The position numbers and the translations under genes are program-made. This document shows positions 1-11,775 of a stretch of DNA of 64,000 nt, one piece after another. The stretch comes from Monocercomonoides exilis PA203 (lineage: Eukaryota > Protista > Preaxostyla), in NCBI GenBank assembly GCA_001643675.2, contig LSRY02000007.1, forward strand, positions 372,001 to 436,000, read 5' to 3'. The notes below the pieces were generated by a model. The model made no database searches. It was not told the DNA's origin and saw nothing but the letters and a program-made list of their open reading frames with translations. Within the stretch, counting starts at the first letter, position 1, and every line of letters begins with the position of its first letter.

Positions 1-968
1 GGTTCTTCTCCCTTTAAATTATCCCACTCGCATGATTCAAAAGAAAAGTCTTTATCATTTGAAGTATCCAGTTCAACTCTTTCGAGAGTTTCATTTGCAT
101 AGAGCTTGTTTGACCATCGCGAGCATGAAATATGCGATGAATTATAGTTGCCCAAAGAAAATACTCCAATTGAAATCGAAGGAATGATCACCCCATCATA
201 CACTCCGCACGTATGGTCGAACAAACAACTATCAATTGTTGAACTGCAAGAACTTAAATGAGAAGCCAATTTATGATCCTTCTCGTTTGGCTTTGCACTG
301 ATATTGAAAAAAGTAGAACTATGAAGCTCCAATATCGATCCAATTGTTGACAAATCAAAAAATGTTGAAGATATCAAAACATGGGAAAAGGATGAAGATG
401 ATATTAAAGCAGAAACGGATGAATTCGAAGTGGGAAAATTGCTTTTCGTTGATATGAATGAATCAATTTCTATACATTCCATTTGTGAGGCAAGTGATAT
501 ATTCACAAATTGAAGGAAACTTCCAGTTTTAGCAAATGAGCAGCCTAATTGGTGTTTTCTCATAAAAATAATGCAACTAACCACAGAAACATTTGAAAAG
601 CTATCCTGAAAAAATGTTGCACCTTCGCGTTTAGAAATAATGCATGCTCCTTCAACAGAGGCTGTGGAGTTGATAGCTCTTATTTTCGTTCGAAAACAGC
701 TCATTTCGTCCACATCTTGCCCATCCAAATATCCGAGAAGATTTTCCTTTGCATCCTTGCTTTTAAGAAATTGTTGCGTGCGATACAGTTCATATTTTTC
801 GGTTTCATCGAAATCAAATAACGTTCTCTGTTTCAAAACATCATTCTGGTAATTTGGGAATATGTTCAATTCGCTCGAAGCATTCTCCAGGTTGACGCAA
901 CTCAACAATTCGATTGTGATCACATAAATCGCATATTTTAATGTAAATAAACAGTAATCATATTTCAT
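1..968 (-). CDS. 5' part of a large Cys/Ser-rich beta-helix-like surface protein (probably same family as 57246-64000); continues off the window start
   Basis: Manual translation from ATG at 968 is stop-free to base 1 (MKYDYCLFTLKYAIYVITIELLSC...DSCLFDHTCGVYDGVIIPSIS...FSFESCEWDNL): hydrophobic N-terminus and xxSSxFxNIS/xxCxFxx repeats. Absent from the ORF track because its stop lies outside the window. Confidence 0.65.
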   Translation of the reverse strand, partial: MKYDYCLFTLKYAIYVITIELLSCVNLENASSELNIFPNYQNDVLKQRTLFDFDETEKYELYRTQQFLKSKDAKENLLGYLDGQDVDEMSCFRTKIRAINSTASVEGACIISKREGATFFQDSFSNVSVVSCIIFMRKHQLGCSFAKTGSFLQFVNISLASQMECIEIDSFISTKSNFPTSNSSVSALISSSSFSHVLISSTFFDLSTIGSILELHSSTFFNISAKPNEKDHKLASHLSSCSSTIDSCLFDHTCGVYDGVIIPSISIGVFSLGNYNSSHISCSRWSNKLYANETLERVELDTSNDKDFSFESCEWDNLKGEE

Positions 969-1101
969 GCATTAAGAAGCTAAAAATAAACTCAAAATAT
1001 TATGAAGAATTGTTAACTTTTTTAATATTGGTTTGATTCACGAATAATTTCAATCGAAGCAGTTCATTTACAGCTCATCAAATTATAAAATAAAATCCAT
1101 T

Positions 1102-4100
1102 TTGTTGAGAAATGCAATCATCCATCCCATTAGTTATTATTTTTATGTTTCATTTTCGTTGTTTATGTTTTCCTCAAAGATCTATGTTCCTTTTTCATTG
1201 TTAGATTTGGAACTTATATCATATTCATCCTTGTGCAACTATTACCATTTATTTACAAGGCAAGAATTAAAGCTTCTTCAACAGTATCACAGATTGTCTC
1301 ATGAAGCTCGTTTTTTGATTTCAAAATTAATTCTTCGAAAAGGTATTGAAACAAAAGTTTCATTGTTAATTTTGTATTCTCTTATTTTACTTTTGGTTCA
1401 TCCTTGATATTTATTGAAGGACCATGGTTTTTAACAATTACTGATTTAAAGAGGAGATATGTTGATACCCAAGCGCGAAGCCTTAATTCCGATTGCGAAA
1501 ATCTCGAATTTTCTTATGAGGAAACGCAAGAACGGTTATATGATTCGCTAGAGTACAATAATCCAAGAAAAATGGATGAAAAGAATTTTCAGATGTCTCA
1601 GGAAGAAAAGGATCAAACTTTTTGGGTATATATATTCTCCTCTATTTTGCCTTTTTTGTTATGTTTCATTTGCCGCTATTTAGAAAACAATTGTGGAACT
1701 TCAGCATAATAATTTAATTGACATAATTGGATGGGGAAGTGGATCAAAGAATCAGTCTCCATTAGCTTCCGAACAAACTGATTTTTTATTTGAAAAAGAT
1801 GATGTTGAAATTTTGTTAAAAATGCTCAAAGTCGATCAACTTCGAAAAATAACTCAAACATTGGGAAATTCTCCCAAGGGATTGTCTTCAATTCAAAAAG
1901 CTGAATTAATAAAACTAATATTGACTCCACCAAAGCAACAATCAATTCTATCGTTTTTTGGAAAGGTTAAAACAGGAGGCATTGAGGAAATGGAAAAAGA
2001 AAAAGCTCATCTGCGCAGAGTGGTATCAACATTGAAAAAAGCACTCAATGAGCCTCTGATCCGAGTCAAGGGCGAATATCGTTGGCTGTTCGGGTTTCTT
2101 GGCTCTCTGTTTCTGGTTGGTGTCCGAGGCATGTCCGAGGTGCTGCAGGACGGTGCCGAGCAGGATGTCAGTGGAGTTGATCTCAGCACAAGCCAAACTC
2201 GCGACCCGAACCGGCAGAAGTGGGCAGGGCCGCAGCAGACCGTGAGAGAGTCCCACAGAGCGACAGACGAGGCATTTTCGTCTGTCTTGGCTTATCTCTC
2301 TGCATCGCACACAGCAGCTGTCAAGGGGGTCCTGATCGACAGAGAAGAAGATCCCAAAATCATCGAAATGGACAGGTTATTTTCTGATGCATTGAAGTTG
2401 GTTGCACAGAAAGAAATGAACAAACCGGGGGATGAAAGCAAAGCGGATGATCCGTCAACTCCTCAGTCATCTTCTTTACCATCCATCTTGTCGATTAGCA
2501 CTGAGCTTCCAGACACTGCACCGTTGTCCACATTGCTGGTGGCCAATGAGCTGAGCTTGGTGAACGAGGATTACGGGCTGAGAGAGTTGCTTGTTCGGCA
2601 TTTCACGATGCTCTTCCATCAGCTCACTCCAATGCCCCCTCTTGAAGAATTGGCTGATAGCGATGTTTTAACACAGCCAGTGGAGAAATCTGCTAGCTCG
2701 TCTCAAAGAGCTCCTTGCGAATCTTCAGAGAATTTGATAACTTCTCCGAGGAAAAGATCTTCCTCTTTCTCTTCTTCACTCTCCGTGCGAATATCAGACT
2801 CAGACAACATCACAGTCGTTTCCACTCTTCCGCCAGCGCCAAGCACGACTGATTCCTCGTCTGATTCTAAAGCCCCAATACGGACTTCTGCTGCTGTCAG
2901 GTTCAATTATGACCCGTTGGCCTCTCTTCGGCAGGCGTCTTCTCTGCTTGTGCTTATCCGGATGCAGAGGGTATCGTATCCGCATTTCACGCTGTCGGTG
3001 CTGCTTCTCACGCCGTCTGTGAAACAATTGCATGATTCTCTCAGTTCGATCACAATGAAGACACTAAAAGAGGGTGAAGATGAGCAATCTGCTCTTCCAT
3101 CTTCATCTGCTTCTTCACAGGCTGTGCCTTTATCAGCATCAGCAACAAGAACATCAACATTATCATCAACTGCATCAACTTCTTTTGTGAATAGCAGCCA
3201 TTCTGCTGATTGGGTTGTGAAAGCGCATCACTTCCGCTCAGAGACTGTGGATGACCAGTGGATGCTGTACAGAACGATGAGCGAGCGAATCCTCGCTGAG
3301 ACAGCGAAAGTCGAAGAGCTTATGAGCCAGGCAGAATATGCTGAGGAAGAAGCGTTGGCATATCTTGACTCAACGCCTCCTCCAACACAATTCGTCGAGT
3401 CAGAACAAACATCGCCCTCTGCAACGGAACTCGCACCGTCTGCTGGGAAAACAATTTCATCTGCCTCTCTGCCCACACAAAAACCTTCTTTGGCTGCTTC
3501 TCGCTTGCTTGATTCAGCACTGTCCATCAGCACAAACACTTCTCAGGAGCCTCTTCGCACGCTTATTCTTCTTCATCAATGCCGTTCTGTGTTTTCGACA
3601 CGAAAGGACTACGGCATCTGGGAATGCTCCCGCCGTGTTGTCGGAGCAATTGACCAGCTGATTGCGCTTTGTGATGAAGAAGCGAAGGAAATGAAGAAGT
3701 TTAAAGAGAAGATGAGGCATAGGGAGAACGAGATGAGGCATGTGGAGGCGCTGAAGAGGATAGAGCTCGAAAAGCAGATGTTGAAGGAAGGCAATATCGA
3801 CATCTTCAAATTGAGAAGAAGCAAAGCCAAAAAGATGAATGCACAAAAGCAAAAGAAAAACAAAAAGCAAAAAGAAAGCGAAGGAGTGCCACAAAACGAG
3901 AAAGAAGATGAAAAAAAAGCGATTGAGAAAGACAGCGAAGTCATCTCGTCGTTCAACTCGTTCACAAAAAGACTGCTGTATTCTGTTGTTCAGTCAGTCG
4001 TCTTCTTCCTCCATTGCTCTGAGCTTTCTTCCTCTTTGAACAGCAATTCCCTTCTGCCTTCTCTTTCTCTCCTCTCAAATTCTGCTTTCCCTTTTCCTCA

Positions 4101-6932
4101 GCTCAATCTGCTGCAGTTGTTTGTGTCTGCTTCCTTCCGGCACATCTTCACTGCCGAGCACCAGCTGTATGGCTGCCTCAGCCGAACAGTCATTCCCTTT
4201 CTGGAAAGGCAGCAGCGCTACGACGATGCGGTGCAGCTGATCGAGTGGATGGTGTTTGACCTGCCGTCGAATCGCATCCGCAAAGCAAAAGAAGGAAAAC
4301 GAGCTTCTGAGGGAGGATTGAGGCGTTTGTCTTCGGCGTCAGTGTCGGCTGCAACACAAGAATCATTTGCATCATTATCAATGCGTTCGTCTTCACTTTC
4401 ATCTACTTCTGGTTCTTTTGATTCGTTTGATGCTAATAATGCTCCGGTCTATCCCTTCTCGCGATTTCTTCTTGAAGCAACTGAGCATTTGTCTTCTCTT
4501 ATTTCAAGGCTTATAATTGATTTGAGTTTGTGTTATTTTTATTAAAGTTTCTCATTAATCATTATTTGTGCTTATTTCTTGTTAATTTTAAAAAATGGAT
4601 TTGTTTAACATTCATTGCTGATATGAATATCTTGATAGGTCATCTCGGAAGGTTTCGCGAAGCTTTTATCATTTGCTGCGAGTTGTGTCGTGTGTTCCAA
4701 AAACAGCAGCCTCTTTTCTATTCAGTTCTGTCTGGAGATCCAAATAAAGTCATGAAAGCATCGATGGATGAGCAAGTTCAATCGCAAAATGATGATTCTC
4801 AATCAATCGAATCACTTCTGTCTTTTTCGCCAGACAAAGTTGATTTGTCTTGTTTCTTTCAGCATTTGATAATTTCTCCTCCGCTTTTTGTTGAACTGCA
4901 CACAAAAGCAATTGAACTCTCTAAGCATTTGTCTGCCACAAACTTCGCTAGGAAAAATGTGAGCAACAAAACTGTTGCTTCTTTAAATTCAAAAGAAAAG
5001 ACAAGAAATTTGAAAGAAACGCAATCGTCTTTGGTTCAAAAAATGGAGCTTGAAATACAGAGGAAAGGGTCAATTGTAATATCATCTGTTGAAAAGTCAA
5101 GTCAAAATGAGCAGAAGATTGAACAGGAAAAGTCCATTCAAGAAACAAGCGGCAAGACATCGATAGCAGAAAAAGATGAAGACGAAAAAAGCATAGCAGA
5201 TAAAGACATTGTATTAACTCAGCCAGTAAATACAGAAGACGCAGTAATTGATGAGCGCTTGAGTGAAGCAAATCTTTCTTTTGATGGAAAAACACAAACA
5301 TCAAGTGGATTAGAATCATTAAAGGAAGAATGCTCTGTAAAAAGAACAGATTCATTTGGAGCGTTTTCATCGGGCAAAGCAGAGAATAAATCAATGAGCA
5401 GAAAGTCATCCAAAAAAAGTGAACAAAAAGTCATAGAAGAAGAGATAATGTCGAGTTTACCAGAAATTGAATCATTCGCCAATGAAATAGAAGCCACGCT
5501 TTTGTCTCTTTTGGATCAGGATGCTTCTCCGCTCTCCCCAATCGAGCTGAAAATCCCTTTCAAGTCCTTCCCTCGCAAAATAAATGAAATATATCCTCTT
5601 CATTCATCTCTTGTTTCTTTGATCGAGTCCATCCCTTCTTTCAATACCAAATCTGTGAATGAAGAAGCAGATGCGGCAACAGCAGGCTCTCATACTTCTG
5701 TTCAAATGCCTGAAAGAATCGAATTTGCAGGCAAAGTTGTCAAAATGGATGCGGAACTTGCAACTCGGAAAATGAAAGGCAAAAGCATTTTTGTTGATAA
5801 AGGAGGAGGTTTGATTATTTTTTTTTTATAATCGTTATAATTTACATTATTGATTATCCAAATTATTGTCTTTTTGAATTTTCTGTTTGTAATTGCATTA
5901 ATCTTTCTTTTTTCAGCTGGAATGACAGTAGAGCAGTTTGCATTGAATGAGTATCGTCTAATTGAGGAATGGGATGTGATGCAGGAAGGAGCAACCAACA
6001 GCCTGATGAACACGATTGTGACACTCTTATTGTGGGACCTCATATTCTCAGAAGCCGACGAAACGAAGGTTGATTTCGTGAGCAGTGAAAGAAATGAAAA
6101 GACTCGGATCACTTCTGAGACACAAAACCAACAGCAGGAGAAAACAGCTGAGCTGACGAATTCAAATCTCAACTTCACTCATTTGATTCCTTCAGATCAT
6201 TTACTCTTTGAGAATATTCACGAAATTGACTTCAGCAAAAAGCAGGAAAAACCCAAAATTAAACCAAAACGTCCTTCATCATCCAAGTCAGCATCAACCG
6301 CAGATCATAAGAAGATCCTGTTTGACGATGATAATTTTTATGAATGGACATCTCCTCCTTCTCTGCTTCCAACTGTATTTATGACTCCCTTCCAGACCTC
6401 TCCGTTGGACTACAGCCATCCGCTGATATTTGCTCTGCGCCGCTCATCCGATCTGCTTTCGCGCCTTTCCTTCATCTCGTCTCTGAGTGACTTTGCTGTT
6501 GGACATCTGGTTTGCTTGGAGTATATGCGGCACAAAGATGAGCGATGCATTGGAATGAGAGGCGATCTGTTTGAGAGAGATGAGCTTGGCTGTATTGCGA
6601 GTGCGCTCGGAGGACGAGTCCTTGCGGTTATTTGTCTGATGATGACTATTTATGGCAATTCGATGCGTTGTGGCTTTCCTGATTTGGTATTTTGCAGGAT
6701 GAGAAAGAAAAGTGCAAAGAAAGAGACAGAAGAGCAGTCCATTTTGAAAAGGAAAAAAGACTTGACAAATAAGAAAGATATTATTCCTGATGATAATGAA
6801 AAAGAATGCGAAGTGAAGTTTGTGGAGGTGAAGGGCCCACGCGACCACCTCTCCTTTGTGCAGATTGTGTGGATGAATCTTCTCTTGGCATTTGGTGTAG
6901 ATGTTGAATTGTGCAGAGTCAATGAGGGTTAA
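1102..6932 (+). CDS. FAN1: Fanconi-associated nuclease 1 (VRR-NUC), ~1,800 aa with large low-complexity insertions; introns 1343-1419, 1626-1683, 4526-4638, 5809-5916 (possibly 1133-1204); start codon unresolved
   Basis: VRR-NUC PD-(D/E)XK motifs GFPDLVF and FVEVKGPRDHLSFVQIVW; TVEQFALNEY, LLLWDLIF, FQTSPLD; N-terminal LISKLILRKGPWF; SAP-like LKVDQLRKI..KAELIKLIL. The GT-AG introns join the ORF-track pieces in frame. Confidence 0.88.
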
Positions 6933-7303
6933 TCTTCTGTATAAAAATTAAAATACTCGGGTTTCGTTTGAGTTGTTTTCGTGTGTTTTATAAATGTAGA
7001 TTTGATTAGATTTTATTTTATTTTAAAATCATGGGGTTAAAAAAAAAACAAGAATTTTAAGTTTATAATTTTGTTGATTACGAATGGTTGTAAAAATATA
7101 AATATCTAAGATTAACAAAAAAAACGTAAAATTAGCTAAACAAAAATAAATATAAATGAATAATGAAATATTATGCGAGAAAATAAATATTAGATCACAA
7201 TAATTTCAATTATAACAAAAAGAAAATAAAGGCTGAATCGAAGAAAAGAAAATAACATAAATTTTTGTTTTCTAATGTGAAATGAATTTAAGGAATAATA
7301 ACG

Positions 7304-10207
7304 TTAATGGCTGATGCCACTACCACCATTTTGTTTGGACAAGCTTCTTTTGCTGCTCTTCAGATCATACAACGTTTCTTCTGATGTTTCTTCATCTGAG
7401 TTGTGTTCGTTGTGATGGCTTGAAGAATACCCTGACTTGCTTTTACGTGGACCATGGAAACTTCTGCGCAATTCTCTTTCATCTGAATCAGATGTCCCTT
7501 TCGTTACAACTATTCTCAGAAGTGGAGCTGAAGTATCTGAACCAAATGACACATCGGACGATGGCGTTGCTGATGAAGAAGCTTCACTTGGAGGATAAAC
7601 AGTGACTGTGCTTCCTTCAATCGCATCGCCAGCAATAAGAGCACGTGATATCTGTGTGACCATATCTTTCTCAACAAATCGACGAAGAGGCCTTGCTCCG
7701 TATTCGACACATTCTCCTTTCATTTTGTCCACAATAAACTGCTTCGCTTCATCTGTGACAACAAGACGTACTTGCTTTGAGGCTAAACGTTGTGCAACAT
7801 TCTTTGTTTGAAGAGTGATAATTTCTCTGAAGTTTGCCTTTGTCAATGGACTGAATATGATGATATCATCCAAACGATTGACAAACTCTGGCTTGAAATG
7901 TTGCCTCACTTCAGCCAATGCCTTTGCCGATGCACTCTTGAACAGCTCAGAAGGATTAATTGAAGATGGGTCTGATGAATGTGCTCCGAGAGAGGCAGCC
8001 TCAATCGCCATAGCAGCAGTAGAAAGATGCCGAGAGCCAAGATTACTTGTCATAATAATAATCGTATTTGAAAAATCAGCAACTCTTCCCTTTGAATCAG
8101 TCAGTCTGCCATCTTCCAGAACCTGCAACAGAATATTCAGCACGTTGGGATGTGCCTTTTCTAACTCATCCAGCAGAACTACTGAATATGGACGTTTGCG
8201 TATAGCATCAGTGAGTTGTCCTCCTTCATCGTGTCCAACGTAACCTGGAGGTGCTCCGATCAACTTGGCAACTGTGTGCTGTTCCATATACTCGCTCATA
8301 TCTAATCGAATCATAGCCTTTTCAGTATCAAACAGCTCAACAGCCAATGCGCGTGCAAGTTCCGTCTTACCAACACCGGTTGGCCCCATAAAGAGGAATG
8401 AGCCTGTTGGCTGCGTTGGACGCGACAAGCCAGCCCTCGAACGCATGATAGCATCAGACACAGCCTTGACAGCCGCGTTTTGTCCGATTACGCGTTCTGA
8501 CAAGCGATCGCCCAGCGTGAGAATCCTTTGCCTTTCTGAAGTTGATAATCTTTCAACAGGGATGCCAGTCCAACGTGCAACAATGGCTGTGACGATTTCT
8601 GGTGTGATAACCTCTCTGAGAAGTTCGTGACCTGTCGATCTCGCTTGTGATTCCTCTTGCAATTTGTTCAGTTCTTCAATGCGTGCTTCGATATCTGGAA
8701 GAGCTCCATAGCGCAGATCGGCTGTTGTAGCAAGATCTCGTGCTCTCTCTGCTTGCTCCAATTTGACCCTCAGTTGATCTTTCTTCTTTTGAAGCTGCGA
8801 TATTTGGTCGATTATTTCACGCTCCTTGTGATATTGCTCTTTAAGTGGTTGTAGCTCTTTTTCAATATCTTGTAACTTGACTTTCACCTTTTCTAGCCTC
8901 TTCTTCGATTGTTGATCGGTTTCTTTTTCCAGAGCGGTTTGCTCAACTTCAAGTTGAAGCTTCTTTCGTTCCAAACGATCAATAGCTTGTGGTTGGGAAT
9001 CAAGTTGTACTCTTGTTGAAGAGCATGCTTCATCAATTACATCAATTGCTTTATCTGGTAGATATCTCGAGGTGATGTATCTATTTGACAATTCCACCGC
9101 AGTTATCAACGCCGAATCCATTATACGCACTCCATGAAACATCTCATATCTTTCTTTTAACCCTCTCATAATTGAAATACAATCTTCAATGCTTGGCTCT
9201 CCAACAGAAATTGGTTGAAATCTCCTTTCAAGTGCAGAGTCAGATTCAATGTACTTTTTGTATTCATCGTCGGTCGTTGCTCCAATACATCGCAATTCTC
9301 CTCGTGCAAGAGCTGGTTTTAGTAAATTTGCAGCATCTGCAGATCCTTCAGCTTTCCCTGCTCCTAACAGAAGATGCATTTCATCAATGAAAAGGATAAT
9401 GTTTCCTTTTGATTCAGTAACTTCGTTGATAAGTTCTTTCATTCTTGATTCAAATTCTCCGCGATATTTTGTACCAGCAACCAATGACCCCATATCTAAA
9501 GCAAATACTCGACAGTTCAAACCTTTTGGAACATCTCCAGCGACAATTCTCTGTGCAAGTCCTTCAACTATAGCTGTTTTTCCGACTCCAGGAAGACCTG
9601 TAAGTGCAGGATTATTTTTTGTTCTTCTGCATAATACTTGGATAAGTCTTCGAATTTCCTCATCCCGTCCAATAACAGGATCGAGATTTCCTTCTTGCGC
9701 CATTGCTGTTAAATCACGAGCGTATTTGCTCAAAGCATCATAACTATCTTCTGCATCTTCCGATGTAACTTTTTTCCCTTTTCTGATCTTTGCAATTCCC
9801 TCTTCAACCATTGCAGGGGAGACACCAGCCTCGTTAAATGCAATCATAATATCTCTCTCTTCAAGAAGAGAAGATAAAATATGATCCACTGCAATAAACT
9901 GATCTTCATTTTTAGTCATCTTATCTTTAGCATGATTTAAGACCTCTGTGAATGAAGTTGAAGGCGAAATATCTTGGGGAGGTGGTGATTGCTTGGGGTA
10001 TTTTTGTAACAGTTTCTCGAGCTTCTCAACAATATCTTGTGATTGTACGGACAATTTTTTGCAAACTTGATTTCCCAATGAATCTGATCCATTAAAGCAA
10101 GCAAGGGCTAAATGAACAGGAAACATGGCACCATGACTATTTCTTCGAGCAATAGTCTTTGCGGTTTGAATAGTATCAATAGCTTTCGATGTTAGTTTCA
10201 AAGACAT
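7304..10207 (-). CDS. clpB: Hsp100 disaggregase, cytosolic Hsp101/Hsp104/ClpB type, 967 aa, intronless
   Basis: Clp N-domain; NBD1 GLPGVGKT and ILFIDEMH; coiled-coil middle domain (ADLRYG); NBD2 GPTGVGKT, RLDMSEYMEQH, GAPPGYVG, YGARPLRR. Confidence 0.96.
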   Translation of the reverse strand: MSLKLTSKAIDTIQTAKTIARRNSHGAMFPVHLALACFNGSDSLGNQVCKKLSVQSQDIVEKLEKLLQKYPKQSPPPQDISPSTSFTEVLNHAKDKMTKNEDQFIAVDHILSSLLEERDIMIAFNEAGVSPAMVEEGIAKIRKGKKVTSEDAEDSYDALSKYARDLTAMAQEGNLDPVIGRDEEIRRLIQVLCRRTKNNPALTGLPGVGKTAIVEGLAQRIVAGDVPKGLNCRVFALDMGSLVAGTKYRGEFESRMKELINEVTESKGNIILFIDEMHLLLGAGKAEGSADAANLLKPALARGELRCIGATTDDEYKKYIESDSALERRFQPISVGEPSIEDCISIMRGLKERYEMFHGVRIMDSALITAVELSNRYITSRYLPDKAIDVIDEACSSTRVQLDSQPQAIDRLERKKLQLEVEQTALEKETDQQSKKRLEKVKVKLQDIEKELQPLKEQYHKEREIIDQISQLQKKKDQLRVKLEQAERARDLATTADLRYGALPDIEARIEELNKLQEESQARSTGHELLREVITPEIVTAIVARWTGIPVERLSTSERQRILTLGDRLSERVIGQNAAVKAVSDAIMRSRAGLSRPTQPTGSFLFMGPTGVGKTELARALAVELFDTEKAMIRLDMSEYMEQHTVAKLIGAPPGYVGHDEGGQLTDAIRKRPYSVVLLDELEKAHPNVLNILLQVLEDGRLTDSKGRVADFSNTIIIMTSNLGSRHLSTAAMAIEAASLGAHSSDPSSINPSELFKSASAKALAEVRQHFKPEFVNRLDDIIIFSPLTKANFREIITLQTKNVAQRLASKQVRLVVTDEAKQFIVDKMKGECVEYGARPLRRFVEKDMVTQISRALIAGDAIEGSTVTVYPPSEASSSATPSSDVSFGSDTSAPLLRIVVTKGTSDSDERELRRSFHGPRKSKSGYSSSHHNEHNSDEETSEETLYDLKSSKRSLSKQNGGSGISH

Positions 10208-10606
10208 TTCAAATATATAATGTTAGATTTATCTTTATAAAAAGATTCGCAATAAAAATTCGAATGTTCGGAGTAAATTAATCAAAAAACAGATAAAGGG
10301 TCAAAATCCCATAAGTTTTTAGAATGAAAAAAGAAAATTTTACTTTTCCTCATTTTTTGACAACATACGTTAATAGCAACCGACAATGGTCAAAAAAGTT
10401 TGCTCATCACAAATTTGTTAATTAAAACGTATGTAATGTAGAAATGAATATTTTGCAGACTCCAATGAAAGACAGTTTTCAAGTAAGTCAATTTTCAAAA
10501 TGAAGTATTTTTTTTTTTTTAGCATTTGATAAAATAACAGTCGTAAAAACAATTCAGATATGTTAAACAAAACTGTGAAAAAAAAATATTCCAGAGCAAA
10601 ATATTT

Positions 10607-10796
10607 AAAAAAAAGAAAGAAAGAAAAGAAAAAGAAAAAGAAAAAGAAAAAGAAAAAGAAAAAGAAAAAGAAAAAGAAAAAGAAAAAGAAAAAGAAAAAG
10701 AAAAAGAAAAAGAAAAAGAAAAAGAAAAAGAAAAAGAAAAAGAAAAAGAAAAAGAAAAAGAAAAAGAAAAAGAAAGAAAGAAAGAAAGAAAGAAAG
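10607..10796. repeat. Purine-only tract: ~24 x GAAAAA followed by ~6 x GAAA
   Basis: Directly visible tandem hexamer at 10628-10771, then tetramer. Confidence 0.95.
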
Positions 10797-11173
10797 TAAA
10801 AGAAAAATATCTGGTTCTTTGTAAATTGATTTTTCCATTTATAAAAACAAAAAACAGATCATAATTTTTTTTCTTGCAGTACACTTTAATGATAAAATAT
10901 ATCAAAGAAAAAATTAAATTTTCACTAATTTTCCAATAAAAAGAGTAAGAGAAAAGAAAAAATAATATTTCTTTTTTTCTTTTTCATTTTTTTTTTTTTT
11001 TCTTTTCTTTTTGTTTACTGAAGAACAAGTTTTTAATCTGTGTTAATGCCAACAGCTTTTTTTTTATTGTTCAAATGACTTTATCAGATCGCAAAATTTT
11101 TCAATAACTTCGACATTTTCAACATAAATTAAAATGAAACAAGTTTGCAAATTTCTTTTCGTGTTTTGCAATA

Positions 11174-11535
11174 CAGTTTGCTCAAAAAATACCGGACAAG
11201 ATCGATTTCTCAATAACCGCAAGAGGAATAATTCTGACAAATATCCTCAAAATATATCTCATCAATATAAACTCATTAGATAAACGTGACTTTCAAAATT
11301 GCTTCATTTGTACTCAAAAAAAAAAAAAATATTTTTGAAATCTCGGCGAAATTGGATTTTGAGTTTCTCCGAGATTTCGATATTTATTTTTTATGAGCAT
11401 AATCGATGAAGTTTTTTAAGTTTTGTATATCAAATGAGTTTGCAAAATGAAATGTATTTTGAGGAAAATTGTCACAATTATTCCTCTTGCGGTTATTAAG
11501 AAATCGATCTTGTCCGGTATTTTTTGCTTAAACTG
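11174..11535. mobile_element. 362-bp fold-back MITE-like element, Tc1/mariner-type ends (TA|CAGT...ACTG|TA)
   Basis: Left end CAGTTTGCTCAAAAAATACCGGACAAGATCGATTTCTCAATAACCGCAAGAGGAATAATT matches the reverse complement of the right end; imperfect pairing continues to GAAATCTCGG/CCGAGATTTC near the centre; TA on both flanks; no ORF. Confidence 0.85.
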
Positions 11536-11598
11536 TATTGTTATAATACATTGATGTCCCGAGTACAAAATAATCGAAAAATAATATGAAGAGTTAAA

Positions 11599-11775
11599 AA
11601 TTTTTTTCGAAAAGTTCCTTTTGTTTTCTATAAGGGTGAAAACAAAAATTGATTATTTCCTTCAAAATTTTGTTCCCACAAATGAGATTTCACCTGAATG
11701 GAACAAATAACGCCGTCAAGCACTTTCTTTCATTCTTATGAAATTTGGGGATTTGGAAAGAAAATTCGATGAAAA
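11599..11775. mobile_element. Degenerate partial copy of the 15780-16018 fold-back element
   Basis: Colinear blocks aatttttttcgaaaagttccttttgttt, tgttcccac, ttcac, aaataacgcc..gtcaag and gaaatttgg are shared with 15785-15950. Confidence 0.6.

Noticed and set aside
10258-10272. Possible heat-shock element (GAAtgTTC) upstream of clpB
   Set aside because: Only two correctly spaced nGAAn units; expected by chance.
10519-10905. Poly-Lys, poly-(FS) and poly-(FL) ORFs
   Set aside because: Translations of the GAAAAA microsatellite.
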